Origin: Caldilineaceae bacterium
GTDB lineage: Bacteria; Chloroflexota; Anaerolineae; Caldilineales; Caldilineaceae
Reading direction: 5' to 3'
Length of the DNA: 64,000 bases
Assembly (NCBI GenBank): GCA_034428435.1
Contig: DAOUHY010000265.1
Span: 16,408 to 80,407 of the forward strand
Shown here: positions 1 to 11,091 of the stretch, one piece after another
Position numbering within the stretch: position 1 is the stretch's first letter
Layout of the letters: each line of letters begins with the position of its first letter
Position numbers and translations under genes: made by a program
The notes under the pieces: generated by a model
The model's input: the letters and a program-made list of their open reading frames with translations, nothing else
Databases searched by the model: none
What the model was told of the DNA's origin: nothing

Positions 1-183
1 GTAGGGCCGAAGTTTTTTCTTGAGCAGCCGACCGCTTTGCTCCAGTACGAGCTCAAACTCCTTTACGCAGGCCTCACGGTATATTTCGTACATCACATCG
101 CCGGCCTCATACCGCCCATGGCCGTCCCATGCGGTCTTTAGCGTTTGTATACAGTGCCTGATGTACTCCGTGCTGATGGCCAT
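1..183 (-). CDS. Nucleotidyltransferase substrate-binding (HEPN-type, HI0074-like) protein, N-terminal part only; ORF runs off the left edge
   Basis: ATG at 183-181 opens a minus-strand frame with no stop down to position 1. It is absent from the supplied track because it is open-ended. Translation: MAISTEYIRHCIQTLKTAWDGHGRYEAGDVMYEIYREACVKEFELVLEQSGRLLKKKLRPY. The Y/R-E-A-x-V-K-x-FE-x-x-x-E segment matches my recollection of the NTase_sub_bind/HI0074 family. The region is locally AT-richer. Confidence 0.5.
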   Translation of the reverse strand, partial: MAISTEYIRHCIQTLKTAWDGHGRYEAGDVMYEIYREACVKEFELVLEQSGRLLKKKLRPY

Positions 184-307
184 GTATTTCTCCCAAGCAT
201 GAACGAACTTTGCTGTTGGGGTAGATTCTCACCAAGAACTCCCTCGGATCACCATTTGCGCAGAGCCACATCAGTTTAAAAGATTTCACCTGACACGTGC
301 GATTTAT

Positions 308-772
308 TTACTGACAGTTCCACTGAACATCCAGATAGCTGCGTAGAATCACAGCAGCGGCGACAGCGTCCTGCCCGGCCGAGTGTGACCCTTCTGCGGC
401 GATCCACTCGTCTGCGGCAAAGCTGCTGAGGCGTTCATCCCAGAATACCAGGGGTACCTCGGCGCCGCGGATGTTACGTAGGGCACGCGTGAAGCGCGCT
501 GCCCAGTTGCGGATTTTGCGCGCTTGCGGGCCTTCGCTGCCATCCATGTTGTAGGGCAGCCCGCAGACGACCAGGACGGCCTCCTCTTCTGCGTAGATTT
601 TGGCGAGGGCGTCGAAGTCTGCGCGGCGGTTACGGCGGTGCAGCGTATGGAGTGGGCGCACGGTGAGGCGCAGTGGATCGCAAGTGGCGACACCGATCCG
701 GGCATCGCCAACGTCCAGGGCGATGATCTTGCCCGGTGGCGTTGAAGGTCGGGGGAGGGTGGGTTGGGTCAT
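308..772 (-). CDS. ruvX: Holliday junction resolvase-like / pre-16S rRNA nuclease YqgF (RuvX)
   Basis: 154 aa. The N-terminal IIALDVGDARIGVA motif is typical of YqgF. The gene sits near alaS, which is a conserved neighbourhood. Confidence 0.9.
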   Translation of the reverse strand: MTQPTLPRPSTPPGKIIALDVGDARIGVATCDPLRLTVRPLHTLHRRNRRADFDALAKIYAEEEAVLVVCGLPYNMDGSEGPQARKIRNWAARFTRALRNIRGAEVPLVFWDERLSSFAADEWIAAEGSHSAGQDAVAAAVILRSYLDVQWNCQ

Positions 773-785
773 CGGTAAGAGGAGA

Positions 786-2387
786 CTACTGCCCGCTGCG
801 TGCAGCCTCGCTCAATTCGACGCGCACCTGGATGCGACTGGCGATCTGGGGGAGTGTGGCGAACCAAGCGGGGTCCTGGTAGAACTCCGGCGCTCTGGCC
901 AGCAACCAGTCTTCCTGCAGTCTGCTGGCTGCCTCCTCGGTATTCAGACCGGTTACGGCGCGGCTGACGGCTCTCACGTCGATAGGGATGACGTAGTTTC
1001 CGCGTGCGGTCATGGCGTAGCGCAGTGTACGGCCGGTTACGACCGTATTGGGTTCGACGGTGAAACCTATCGATTCCGCCACGAGTTGGCCGCGTTCGGG
1101 CACTTCGCTGCGCAGGGCCACCATGGCGGCCTCTTCGGATTCTGACCGGTTAATCACGCTTCCCTGGATCAGGACTCGCAGGGTGAGGTTGAGCTCGTCT
1201 GCAGGCTCATCGTTGAACTGGTCGAAGAATTGGGCAGTAATCCAGGTCAGGATGGTATCTTCGGGCATCCATTCATCCGTGCCCAGTTCCACCGACAGTC
1301 TCTCATGGGCGACTTCGCGGATACTGCTGTAGACCTGGTCAAGAAGCCTGTCCCTGTCCTCTTGGGTGACGAGACGCACGCGGGCATTGGCCCCGCCTGC
1401 GGTGGCCTCCGGATTGGTTACACGGACACGGGTGCGGAGACCGCCGGCGACTGTGGTGATCCTGTTGCTGGGTACATTGCCGAGGATGCCCGGTTCAGTC
1501 GCTTCGATTTCGACTTCGGCCTGCGTGCCTAACGGGCCGGCGATTTCAAGATCTTCGAGGATGCGGAAGTCGACGTCGTCTCCGGTGCTGGTGGAGACGA
1601 TCGTACCGGCCGGGATGCGCACCGTCCCGTTGGTCTGGTTGGTAAAGACCACCTTGCCTGTGGCCAGATCCACTTCAGACCACCCAGCACCGGTCGTGGA
1701 AACGGTGCCGGTTGCTTCAACAGTCGTCTCGATCAGGCGGGCCGACAGCAGCCCTTGCTCCAGGTCGGAGACTTCGAGTTGCGGATCGGCTGTCAGAATT
1801 ACGGTCGTTTCAAGTGCACGCTGGCCGGGTACTAGCGTGACCGTGGCCGCGGGCAGCACGTAGTATACGAACACGCTCAGAAATGTGACCAGGAAGAGGC
1901 CCACAAGCAGGTATCCTACGAGCTGCAGCCAGAGCGGGGTGGCGGCGTGATATCGCCTGGTAGCGCGAATACGGCGGCGGCGTATTCGGTCAAGGCTGGG
2001 ACGCGCATGCAGGCTTGGATCGATCGAGCCGTTGCTTTTGCGCCAGTGAGGGGGCTCCGGGAGCCATGCGCCGGTCCGGTTAGACTGGATTTGCGGAGTG
2101 ACGCCGTGTGTACGCCATCGGCGCCAGCGCGCGGCGGCTTCGCTGCCAAATACGGGGATGCCCAAGCGTTTGGCGTTCTGACGAATGGTGGGATCGCGGG
2201 TAACCAGCGCCAAGTCCTGGCCGAGGCGTTGGGACTGACGTTGCAGTAAACGCAGCCGCGGCAGGCTTTTTAACTGCGCGCAGCCGCTGGGCAGGACGAC
2301 GGCCACCGCGCCGCGGCCTATGCGCGCCAGCTGCTGGCGCAAGACTTCGATTCGAATGTCGTGTTCTACGGTCAGAATCTCTGCCAC
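786..2387 (-). CDS. Membrane-anchored protein of unknown function with a baseplate J (gp47)-like beta-rich ectodomain
   Basis: 533 aa with a GTG start. It has a roughly 90-aa cytoplasmic N-domain and one TM helix (LWLQLVGYLLVGLFLVTFLSVFVYYVL). The C-terminal region contains IPAGTIVSTSTGDDVDFRILEDLEI...GILGNVPSNRITTV...VTNPEATAGG, which resembles Baseplate_J from memory. Confidence 0.7.
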   Translation of the reverse strand: MAEILTVEHDIRIEVLRQQLARIGRGAVAVVLPSGCAQLKSLPRLRLLQRQSQRLGQDLALVTRDPTIRQNAKRLGIPVFGSEAAARWRRWRTHGVTPQIQSNRTGAWLPEPPHWRKSNGSIDPSLHARPSLDRIRRRRIRATRRYHAATPLWLQLVGYLLVGLFLVTFLSVFVYYVLPAATVTLVPGQRALETTVILTADPQLEVSDLEQGLLSARLIETTVEATGTVSTTGAGWSEVDLATGKVVFTNQTNGTVRIPAGTIVSTSTGDDVDFRILEDLEIAGPLGTQAEVEIEATEPGILGNVPSNRITTVAGGLRTRVRVTNPEATAGGANARVRLVTQEDRDRLLDQVYSSIREVAHERLSVELGTDEWMPEDTILTWITAQFFDQFNDEPADELNLTLRVLIQGSVINRSESEEAAMVALRSEVPERGQLVAESIGFTVEPNTVVTGRTLRYAMTARGNYVIPIDVRAVSRAVTGLNTEEAASRLQEDWLLARAPEFYQDPAWFATLPQIASRIQVRVELSEAARSGQ

Positions 2388-2448
2388 AGGAATGACCCGG
2401 CCCTGGAATCAGGTTTGAAGAAGTTGGCAGGCGCTACCTACGCTCCTC

Positions 2449-5148
<2,700 letters not shown>

Positions 5149-5423
5149 CGGACGCCTCGCTTGGTTCGGACAGACAAAAAACGCAGTTTTGAGGACAGGA
5201 GTCAATCCCATGCCTCCAGACGTACAGACTGCTGCCGATTTTAGCAAATTCGAGGCCGATTGGGGAAACCGCGCAGGGGTCGGCTTTGAGTTCATTCCTT
5301 CCTCATCTTGGCGATGAAGCCGGTCCGCGCTAATAATGGCCACAGGTGGCGCCGAAGTCGGCATTTGCCACCATTTGCATGTACTGAAGTCGTACAGTTG
5401 TCATTCGGGTCGGACATTGAAGC

Positions 5424-6410
5424 ATGCCTGCCATTTCGGTACGCGAACTGCGTAAGACATTTCAATTGAAGCGCAAGGCAGCAGGTCTGCGGGGGAGTTT
5501 GCGCGCGCTGTGGCGGCCGACATACGAGTCGATCGAGGCGGTGCGCGGGCTTTCGTTCGAGATGGAGGATGGGGAGCTGCTGGGCTTCATCGGACCCAAT
5601 GGCGCGGGCAAGTCGACGACTATCAAGATTCTGACCGGCATATTGCATCCAAGCGGCGGCGAAGCGGAGGTATTGGGCCATGTGCCGTGGCAGGAACGGC
5701 AGGCGCTTGCCTTTCAGATCGGCTCGGTCTTCGGTCAGCGTCCTCAGCTTTGGTATCACCTGCCGGCAGTGGATACATTTTACCTGTTCGGCAAGATCTA
5801 TGAGCTCGACGACAGGTCGCTAAGGCAGCGGATCTCGTTTCTGGCGGAGGCCTTTGAGATCGAGGAGCTGCTGGAGACGCCGGTGCGAAAACTGTCGCTG
5901 GGCCAACGGATGCGCTGCGAAGTTGCGGCCTCATTACTGCATAAGCCGCGCGTTCTACTGTTGGATGAGCCGTCGATCGGACTCGACGTGGTGGCCAAGC
6001 AGAGGCTGCGCTTGACGATTCAGCGCATGAATGAACTTGAAGGCGTGGGCGTATTGCTGACGAGCCACGATGCCGGTGACATCGAGACGCTGTGCAGGCG
6101 CGTGATCATCGTCAATCACGGCGAGATCGTCTATCGCGACAAGGTGTCGTCGCTAAAGCGGCGCTATCTGACGGTAAAGACTGTCGACGTGCGCTATAAC
6201 GAGCAGTTGGCCGCGGATTTCAGCCTGCCGGGCGTGGAGATGGTCAAGGTGGGGCGGTACGGGGCCAAGATGCGCTTTGATACGCGAGTTACGCCGGTGG
6301 AGCCGGTGATCAGCGGCCTGGCGGCCGCGGGCAGCCTGGCTGACGTAACGGTTTCAGAGCCGTCACTTGAGGATGTGATCAGCGCAATTTACGCGCGTAC
6401 GGAGGCTTAA
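5424..6410 (+). CDS. ABC transporter ATP-binding protein (ABC-2 type module)
   Basis: Walker A GPNGAGKST, signature LSLGQRMR and Walker B LLLDEPSIGLD. It is followed directly by two permease genes. Confidence 0.93.
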   Translation: MPAISVRELRKTFQLKRKAAGLRGSLRALWRPTYESIEAVRGLSFEMEDGELLGFIGPNGAGKSTTIKILTGILHPSGGEAEVLGHVPWQERQALAFQIGSVFGQRPQLWYHLPAVDTFYLFGKIYELDDRSLRQRISFLAEAFEIEELLETPVRKLSLGQRMRCEVAASLLHKPRVLLLDEPSIGLDVVAKQRLRLTIQRMNELEGVGVLLTSHDAGDIETLCRRVIIVNHGEIVYRDKVSSLKRRYLTVKTVDVRYNEQLAADFSLPGVEMVKVGRYGAKMRFDTRVTPVEPVISGLAAAGSLADVTVSEPSLEDVISAIYARTEA

Positions 6411-6412
6411 AA

Positions 6413-7267
6413 GTGCGCATTAAGGAGGCAAGCGCCCTGACTGGCGAGGGTCGCGTTCGTGAACATTCGGCAGCGGCCGTGGCCGGCAAATACTGGGCCG
6501 TGTTTCGCACGCAGTTGCTGAACAGCCTTGCCTACCCGATCGACTTGCTGGGGCGAAGCCTGCTGATCGTCCTCTTCATGTGGATCTTCATGAACCTGTG
6601 GCGGATTACGTACGGCGCGATGGGCGCGAACTCAATTGCCGGGCTAACGTTGGCGGACACGATGTGGTACCTGATGATGGCGGAGGCGGTCATGTTGAGC
6701 AAGCATGACCTGTCAGAGACATTCTCTGAGCAGGTGAAGGACGGCAGCGTCGCCTATCTGCTGAACAAGCCGTTCAATTTCATCTACTATCACTTCGCCG
6801 CCGGGCTGGGCGACAGCGTTCTGGCCTTTGGCGGTAACCTCTTAATTGGCAGCGCAGTGGTCTGGCTGATGGTAGGCCCGCCGCCGGGGATAGCGGGCTG
6901 GGTATTCGCGGGTGCGGCTGTGGTCCTTTCCTGGCTGCTGGACTTCTGCTTTTCGGCGCTGATCGGCCTGAGTGCGTTTGTTGTCGAGGAAACAAATGCC
7001 TTCCGCTGGATCTACCAGAAGTTCCTGCTGCTGCTGGGCGGGGTGCTGATTCCGCTTGATTTCTTCCCGGCCTGGTTGCAGACGATTTCGCTCAATTTGC
7101 CGTTCGCCTGGATCATATACGGGCCGGCGCGTCTGTTCGTCGAACCGAGCCTGGCGCGGCTGGGGCACGTCTTCCTGCAGCAGTGCATCTGGCTGGCTGT
7201 TGTCGGCGGCATCGTTTGGGTGATTTACAGAAGGGCGGTGGCGCGGCTGGTGATAAACGGGGGTTGA
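6413..7267 (+). CDS. ABC-2 family transporter permease
   Basis: 284 aa multi-pass membrane protein. The GTG start is 2 nt after the ATPase stop. Hydrophobic helices run throughout. Confidence 0.8.
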   Translation: MRIKEASALTGEGRVREHSAAAVAGKYWAVFRTQLLNSLAYPIDLLGRSLLIVLFMWIFMNLWRITYGAMGANSIAGLTLADTMWYLMMAEAVMLSKHDLSETFSEQVKDGSVAYLLNKPFNFIYYHFAAGLGDSVLAFGGNLLIGSAVVWLMVGPPPGIAGWVFAGAAVVLSWLLDFCFSALIGLSAFVVEETNAFRWIYQKFLLLLGGVLIPLDFFPAWLQTISLNLPFAWIIYGPARLFVEPSLARLGHVFLQQCIWLAVVGGIVWVIYRRAVARLVINGG

Positions 7268-7270
7268 GCC

Positions 7271-8068
7271 ATGGGCCGGCAGTCCGCATTTGTTCTGGCT
7301 TTGTGGAAGACGAATCTTCTGAGCGCGATGGAGTACCGTGTCTCATTCCTGACGCAGGTGTTTGGAATGATGCTCAACAACGCCATCTATTTCGTCTTCT
7401 GGATCATATTTTTTGCCCGCTTCGAAGAGATAAACGGTTGGGATCTGGTCGACATGCTGTTCCTGTTCGGCGTCGTCGCGACCGGTTTCGGAGCCGGTAC
7501 ATACCTGTTCGGAAATGCGGTGCGACTGTCGTCGCTGATCGCCAACGGCCAGATGGACTACTATCTGTCGCTGCCGCGTCCCGTACTCCTGCATGCACTG
7601 GCCAGCAGCAGCAACGCGTCATCTGCGGGAGACTTCACGTACGGACTGTTCAGCTTTGGCGCCGCAATCTACTTCTCCGGTTCGTTCGGGGGCTTGATGT
7701 TACTGCGCTTTACGCTGGGCTGCCTGGCGTCAATAGTTGTACTCATCTCCTTTCTGGTCCTGGTACAGAGCCTGACTTTCTGGATTGGCAATACAAGCCT
7801 GCTGACGAGGCACGCGTTCAATGCGATTGTTACCTTTTCTCTCTATCCGATCACTCTCTTCGACGGCACGGCCAAGCTGCTGCTGTTTACGCTGATTCCG
7901 GCGGCCTTCATCGGGGCACTGCCGGCAGAGTTTGTGCGCAGTTTTGATCTGTTGCAGCTGGCCCAGATCTGCGCCGGCGGCGCGGTCTTTCTGTTGCTGT
8001 CGGTCTTCGTCTTCTACCGCGGCTTGCGCCGTTACGAGAGCGGCAGCGCGATCCAGGTGCGGATGTAG
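7271..8068 (+). CDS. ABC-2 family transporter permease (second subunit)
   Basis: 265 aa multi-pass membrane protein. The ATG is 3 nt after the previous stop. It is a paralogous architecture to 6413-7267. Confidence 0.8.
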   Translation: MGRQSAFVLALWKTNLLSAMEYRVSFLTQVFGMMLNNAIYFVFWIIFFARFEEINGWDLVDMLFLFGVVATGFGAGTYLFGNAVRLSSLIANGQMDYYLSLPRPVLLHALASSSNASSAGDFTYGLFSFGAAIYFSGSFGGLMLLRFTLGCLASIVVLISFLVLVQSLTFWIGNTSLLTRHAFNAIVTFSLYPITLFDGTAKLLLFTLIPAAFIGALPAEFVRSFDLLQLAQICAGGAVFLLLSVFVFYRGLRRYESGSAIQVRM

Positions 8069-8196
8069 GTTGCGCTCCTCGCATTCGCTTCCAGTTCAAT
8101 TGTCGACTTTTCGCCAGAATTGAAGGGCGAACAGCCATCTCATTGGACCTGCATCGGATAGAGGTCGGGGGGATTGGGGACAGATCGCTTTTTGGG

Positions 8197-8632
8197 GGTG
8201 CATCGCTGATTTGGAGTGGGAACAGTCAGGCGGGGAATCGGTGCCAGCGGTGGCGGGGGAATCGTTTACAGGCTTTTGGAGAAACGCAGGGCAGGCACGA
8301 GGGTGAGGAGAGAGTGGAGAGGAGCGAGGAGAGAGTGCCGCAGTGTAGTCTGCGGGGGACTGGCGGGACGTGGTTTGGCTGGACACTTTCGATTTGGCAC
8401 TCGTTACGAATAGCGACACCAGGTCGGCGAGGCATGTTGTAGGAGAGGGGGCGTTGCGGGGGCGGAGCCCCCGCACAAGGGAGGGCCGACTAGGCCCGAC
8501 CGCCCAGAAATGCAGTGGTCAGTAGTCAGTGGTCAGAGACGGCGCTCTGGCTGCCTCAGATTTGATCGCGGAGCGGCCATGGTTAGGTCTCTGCCAGAGG
8601 ATTGCGTTAGCTCACCCCCATTTTGGGATGCA
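8197..8632 (+). mobile_element. MITE-like non-autonomous element, copy A
   Basis: Imperfect terminal inverted repeats: 5' GGTGCATCGCTGATTTGG and 3' CCCCATTTTGGGATGCA. It is flanked by the identical 11-mer CGCTTTTTGGG at 8186-8196 and 8633-8643. It shares a 73-nt core (8434-8506) and most of its other sequence with copies at 36616-37079 and 61042-61499. No credible ORF. Confidence 0.7.
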
Positions 8633-8650
8633 CGCTTTTTGGGCAACCGT

Positions 8651-8679
8651 TTGCTCACGTCCCCCGATTGTGATAGCAT
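8651..8679 (+). promoter_or_regulatory. Predicted sigma70-like promoter (TTGCTC-17-TAGCAT)
   Basis: Hexamers at 8651-8656 and 8674-8679 with a 17-nt spacer. The -35 box starts after an 18-nt gap from the MITE copy A end, upstream of the zinc-ribbon/M42 genes. Pattern match only. Confidence 0.3.
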
Positions 8680-8720
8680 GAGCCAGACCAATTTCGACCC
8701 AATTGACACGGGGAAGCCGT

Positions 8721-8933
8721 ATGTCCGACTGCACCGAATGCGGAACCTGGAATCCCGACGATAAGGAAGTTTGCTGGCGCTGCCAGGCCGTATTGCCGAG
8801 ACCGGTGGAGAACAAGCCGAAGCGCCGCCTGATGATACTGGGCATGCCGGTCTGGGTGTGGATTGTGGTTGGGTTGATCTTTGTCCTTCCTCTCTTTGGC
8901 CAGTGCGCGCAGCTTGGAGTCCCCGCCGGATAG
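8721..8933 (+). CDS. Small zinc-ribbon membrane protein
   Basis: MSDCTECGTWNPDDKEVCWRC (CxxC...CxxC) followed by one TM helix (LMILGMPVWVWIVVGLIFVLPLF). GGGGAAG lies upstream of the ATG at 8721. The TAG stop overlaps the next gene's GTG (TAGTG). Confidence 0.55.
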   Translation: MSDCTECGTWNPDDKEVCWRCQAVLPRPVENKPKRRLMILGMPVWVWIVVGLIFVLPLFGQCAQLGVPAG

Positions 8934-10015
8934 TGAACAGCGACGATAAGTCTTCGGAATCGGACAGCTTTTCTCTGTTAAAGGAGTTGAGCGAGACGCC
9001 TGGCGTCAGCGGCCAGGAAGACCGGATTCGCGCGCGTGTCAGCGACCATCTGGCCCTGCTGGTTGATGAACTGCACACAGACACTCTCGGTAATCTGACT
9101 GGTCTTAAGCGCGGTAGCGATTCGTCCGGCAGGCGGGTGATGGTGGCGGCGCACATGGATGAGATCGGCCTGATCGTTACCCGATTGGAGGAGGGCTTTG
9201 TGCGCTTTGCGCCGGTTGGCGGCGTAGACCTGGGGGCATTGCCGGCTCAGGAGGTAACGGTTCACGGCCGCTCTGATCTGCCGGGGCTGATCGCCAGCCG
9301 GCCGCCCCACGTTCTCTCCCAGGAGGAGCGGGGAAAACCTTTTGCCCAAGCTGATCTTTTCATAGACGTCGGTCTGGCCGCGGACAGGCTGGCAGAGTTC
9401 GTCTCCGTTGGGGATTTCATTTCCGTCCGCCAAAGTGCAGACAGGTTGGGTAACGGGCAGGCTACCGGCAAAGCCTTCGACAATCGCGTGTCGGTTGTCG
9501 TTCTGCTGCAGGCGCTGCGCATTCTGCAGGGACGCAGCCACGCTTGGGACATTTTCGCCGTGGTCACGGTGCAGGAGGAGATCGGTCTGCGCGGGGCCAA
9601 GACGGCCGCTTTTCGGGTAGCGCCGGATGTGGGGATCGCTCTCGACGTGACCTACGCGGAGCAGCCGGGCGCGACCCCTGAAGAGTCGCTTGCGATGGGA
9701 AGCGGACCGGCCATTGGGCTGGGGCCGAACCTGCATCCCGTTTTAAGAAAGCTGCTCGTCGACACGGCCGAGCGCGACGAGATTCCCTATACGAACGAGG
9801 TTCTGCCTGGAAATTCAGGGACCGACGCCTGGGCGATGCAGGTCTCGCAGTCCGGCATTCCTACTGCGCTGATTTCGGTACCGATCCGCAACATGCACAC
9901 GCCTGCGGAAACGGTCGCGCTCAAGGACATTGAACGGAGCGCGCGGCTGCTGGCTGAGACTATCTGCGAACTACCGGACGACCTGAACGCTCTGGCGCTC
10001 GACGGCGAGGCTTAG
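8933..10015 (+). CDS. M42 family metallopeptidase (FrvX/TET-like aminopeptidase), paralog 1
   Basis: LLKELSETPGVSGQEDRIR, AAHMDEIGLIV and VQEEIGLRGA. The track ORF starts at 8771, but family alignment and overlap with the upstream gene favour the GTG at 8933. Confidence 0.88.
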   Translation: MNSDDKSSESDSFSLLKELSETPGVSGQEDRIRARVSDHLALLVDELHTDTLGNLTGLKRGSDSSGRRVMVAAHMDEIGLIVTRLEEGFVRFAPVGGVDLGALPAQEVTVHGRSDLPGLIASRPPHVLSQEERGKPFAQADLFIDVGLAADRLAEFVSVGDFISVRQSADRLGNGQATGKAFDNRVSVVVLLQALRILQGRSHAWDIFAVVTVQEEIGLRGAKTAAFRVAPDVGIALDVTYAEQPGATPEESLAMGSGPAIGLGPNLHPVLRKLLVDTAERDEIPYTNEVLPGNSGTDAWAMQVSQSGIPTALISVPIRNMHTPAETVALKDIERSARLLAETICELPDDLNALALDGEA

Positions 10016-10068
10016 CCACCGAGGGCATCGGACGCCGGCGCGTATTGACGCACGCAAGATTTTTTGCC

Positions 10069-11091
10069 ATGAATGAACTGCTCGAGAAACTGTCCAAGGC
10101 CCGCGGGGTGGCGGGACATGAAGGCGAGGTGCGGGCCATTCTGCGGGAGGCGCTTGCCCCGCACGTGGAGGCGTTGACGGTCGACTCGATCGGCAACCTG
10201 ATTGTCCGCAAAGGAGGATCGGGCGACAGTAGAAAACACCGGGTGATGCTCGCCGCGCATATGGACGAAGTGGGCGGGATGGTTATGCGCGCCAATGCGG
10301 ACGGCACGGTGAAGTTTCGCAGCGTCGGCGGCCTGGATCCGCGCATTCTGCCGGGTAAAAGGGTTCGGATTGGGGCGCAGTCGGTGCCCGGGGTGATCAT
10401 GCGTGCGCCACATGCGGCGCGTTCGGGGAAGCGCGTGGCGCCGATTTCCGATCTACTGATCGACACGGGCGGCGCAGGTGGTATCGAGCCGGGCGACATG
10501 ATTACATTTGAGAGCGAGTATGAGGAGTACGGACGACTCTTGAAGGGCAAAGCATTTGACGACCGGGTAGGCTGCTATGTGCTGGCCGAGCTGATGAAGG
10601 GCGATTACGAATGCGAGCTCGTCGGGGTCTTCACCGTACAGGAAGAGATTGGCTTGCGCGGCGCGGGTGTGGCTGCGTACGCGGTCGAGCCGGACGTCGC
10701 GGTAGCGCTTGAAGGCACTGTAGCGGACGACCTGCCCAAGCAGCAAGACGTCAGTCCGACGACCGAACTGGGGAAGGGTCCGTCGATTTCGGTGATGGAC
10801 CGGAGCGCACATGCGGACCGGCGGCTTGTCCGCATTCTGACGGAGACCGCGACCGCCCACGACATTCCGTGGCAATTCAAGCAGCCCGGCGTCGGGGGAA
10901 CGGACGTGGGTACTATTCACCTGGCGCGCGAAGGCGTGCCCGCGGTGGCCGTTGCCGTGCCCTGCCGCTATATACACACTCCTGCAGCGCTGATGGACCC
11001 GGCGGACGTGAAGAATGCGATTGAACTGATGAGCAGAGCGCTATCCGGACCCTTGGGGCGGCCGTTGGAGGCCGAGCGGAGTGAAGCATGA
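10069..11091 (+). CDS. M42 family metallopeptidase, paralog 2
   Basis: MNELLEKLSKARGVAGHEGEVR, AAHMDEVGGMV and FTVQEEIGLRGA. The ATG at 10069 is preferred over the TTG at 10045. Confidence 0.9.
   Translation: MNELLEKLSKARGVAGHEGEVRAILREALAPHVEALTVDSIGNLIVRKGGSGDSRKHRVMLAAHMDEVGGMVMRANADGTVKFRSVGGLDPRILPGKRVRIGAQSVPGVIMRAPHAARSGKRVAPISDLLIDTGGAGGIEPGDMITFESEYEEYGRLLKGKAFDDRVGCYVLAELMKGDYECELVGVFTVQEEIGLRGAGVAAYAVEPDVAVALEGTVADDLPKQQDVSPTTELGKGPSISVMDRSAHADRRLVRILTETATAHDIPWQFKQPGVGGTDVGTIHLAREGVPAVAVAVPCRYIHTPAALMDPADVKNAIELMSRALSGPLGRPLEAERSEA

Noticed and set aside
5149-5423. Possible T-box leader upstream of alaS. On the minus strand there is AAATGGTGGCAAATGCCGACTTCGGCGCCACC, a GGTGGC...GCCACC hairpin reminiscent of the T-box GGUGGNACC.
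   Set aside because: I could not identify a specifier loop with an Ala codon, stem I features, or a terminator or sequestrator placed appropriately; the hairpin is about 190 nt from the start codon. The region also has to hold the divergent ABC promoter. It needs an Rfam scan before any call.
8096-8476. ORFs lying inside the three repeat copies (8143-8442, 8096-8476, 8216-8413, 36694-36885, 36535-36783, 61022-61393, 61003-61287, 60858-61292). Their translations resemble each other, which could suggest a small conserved protein family.
   Set aside because: The similarity simply reflects the nucleotide repeat and is seen in several frames and on both strands at once. Substitutions between copies show no 3-nt periodicity. 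There are indels that are not multiples of 3, no RBS, and Arg/Gly/Pro-rich compositions typical of GC-rich non-coding DNA.
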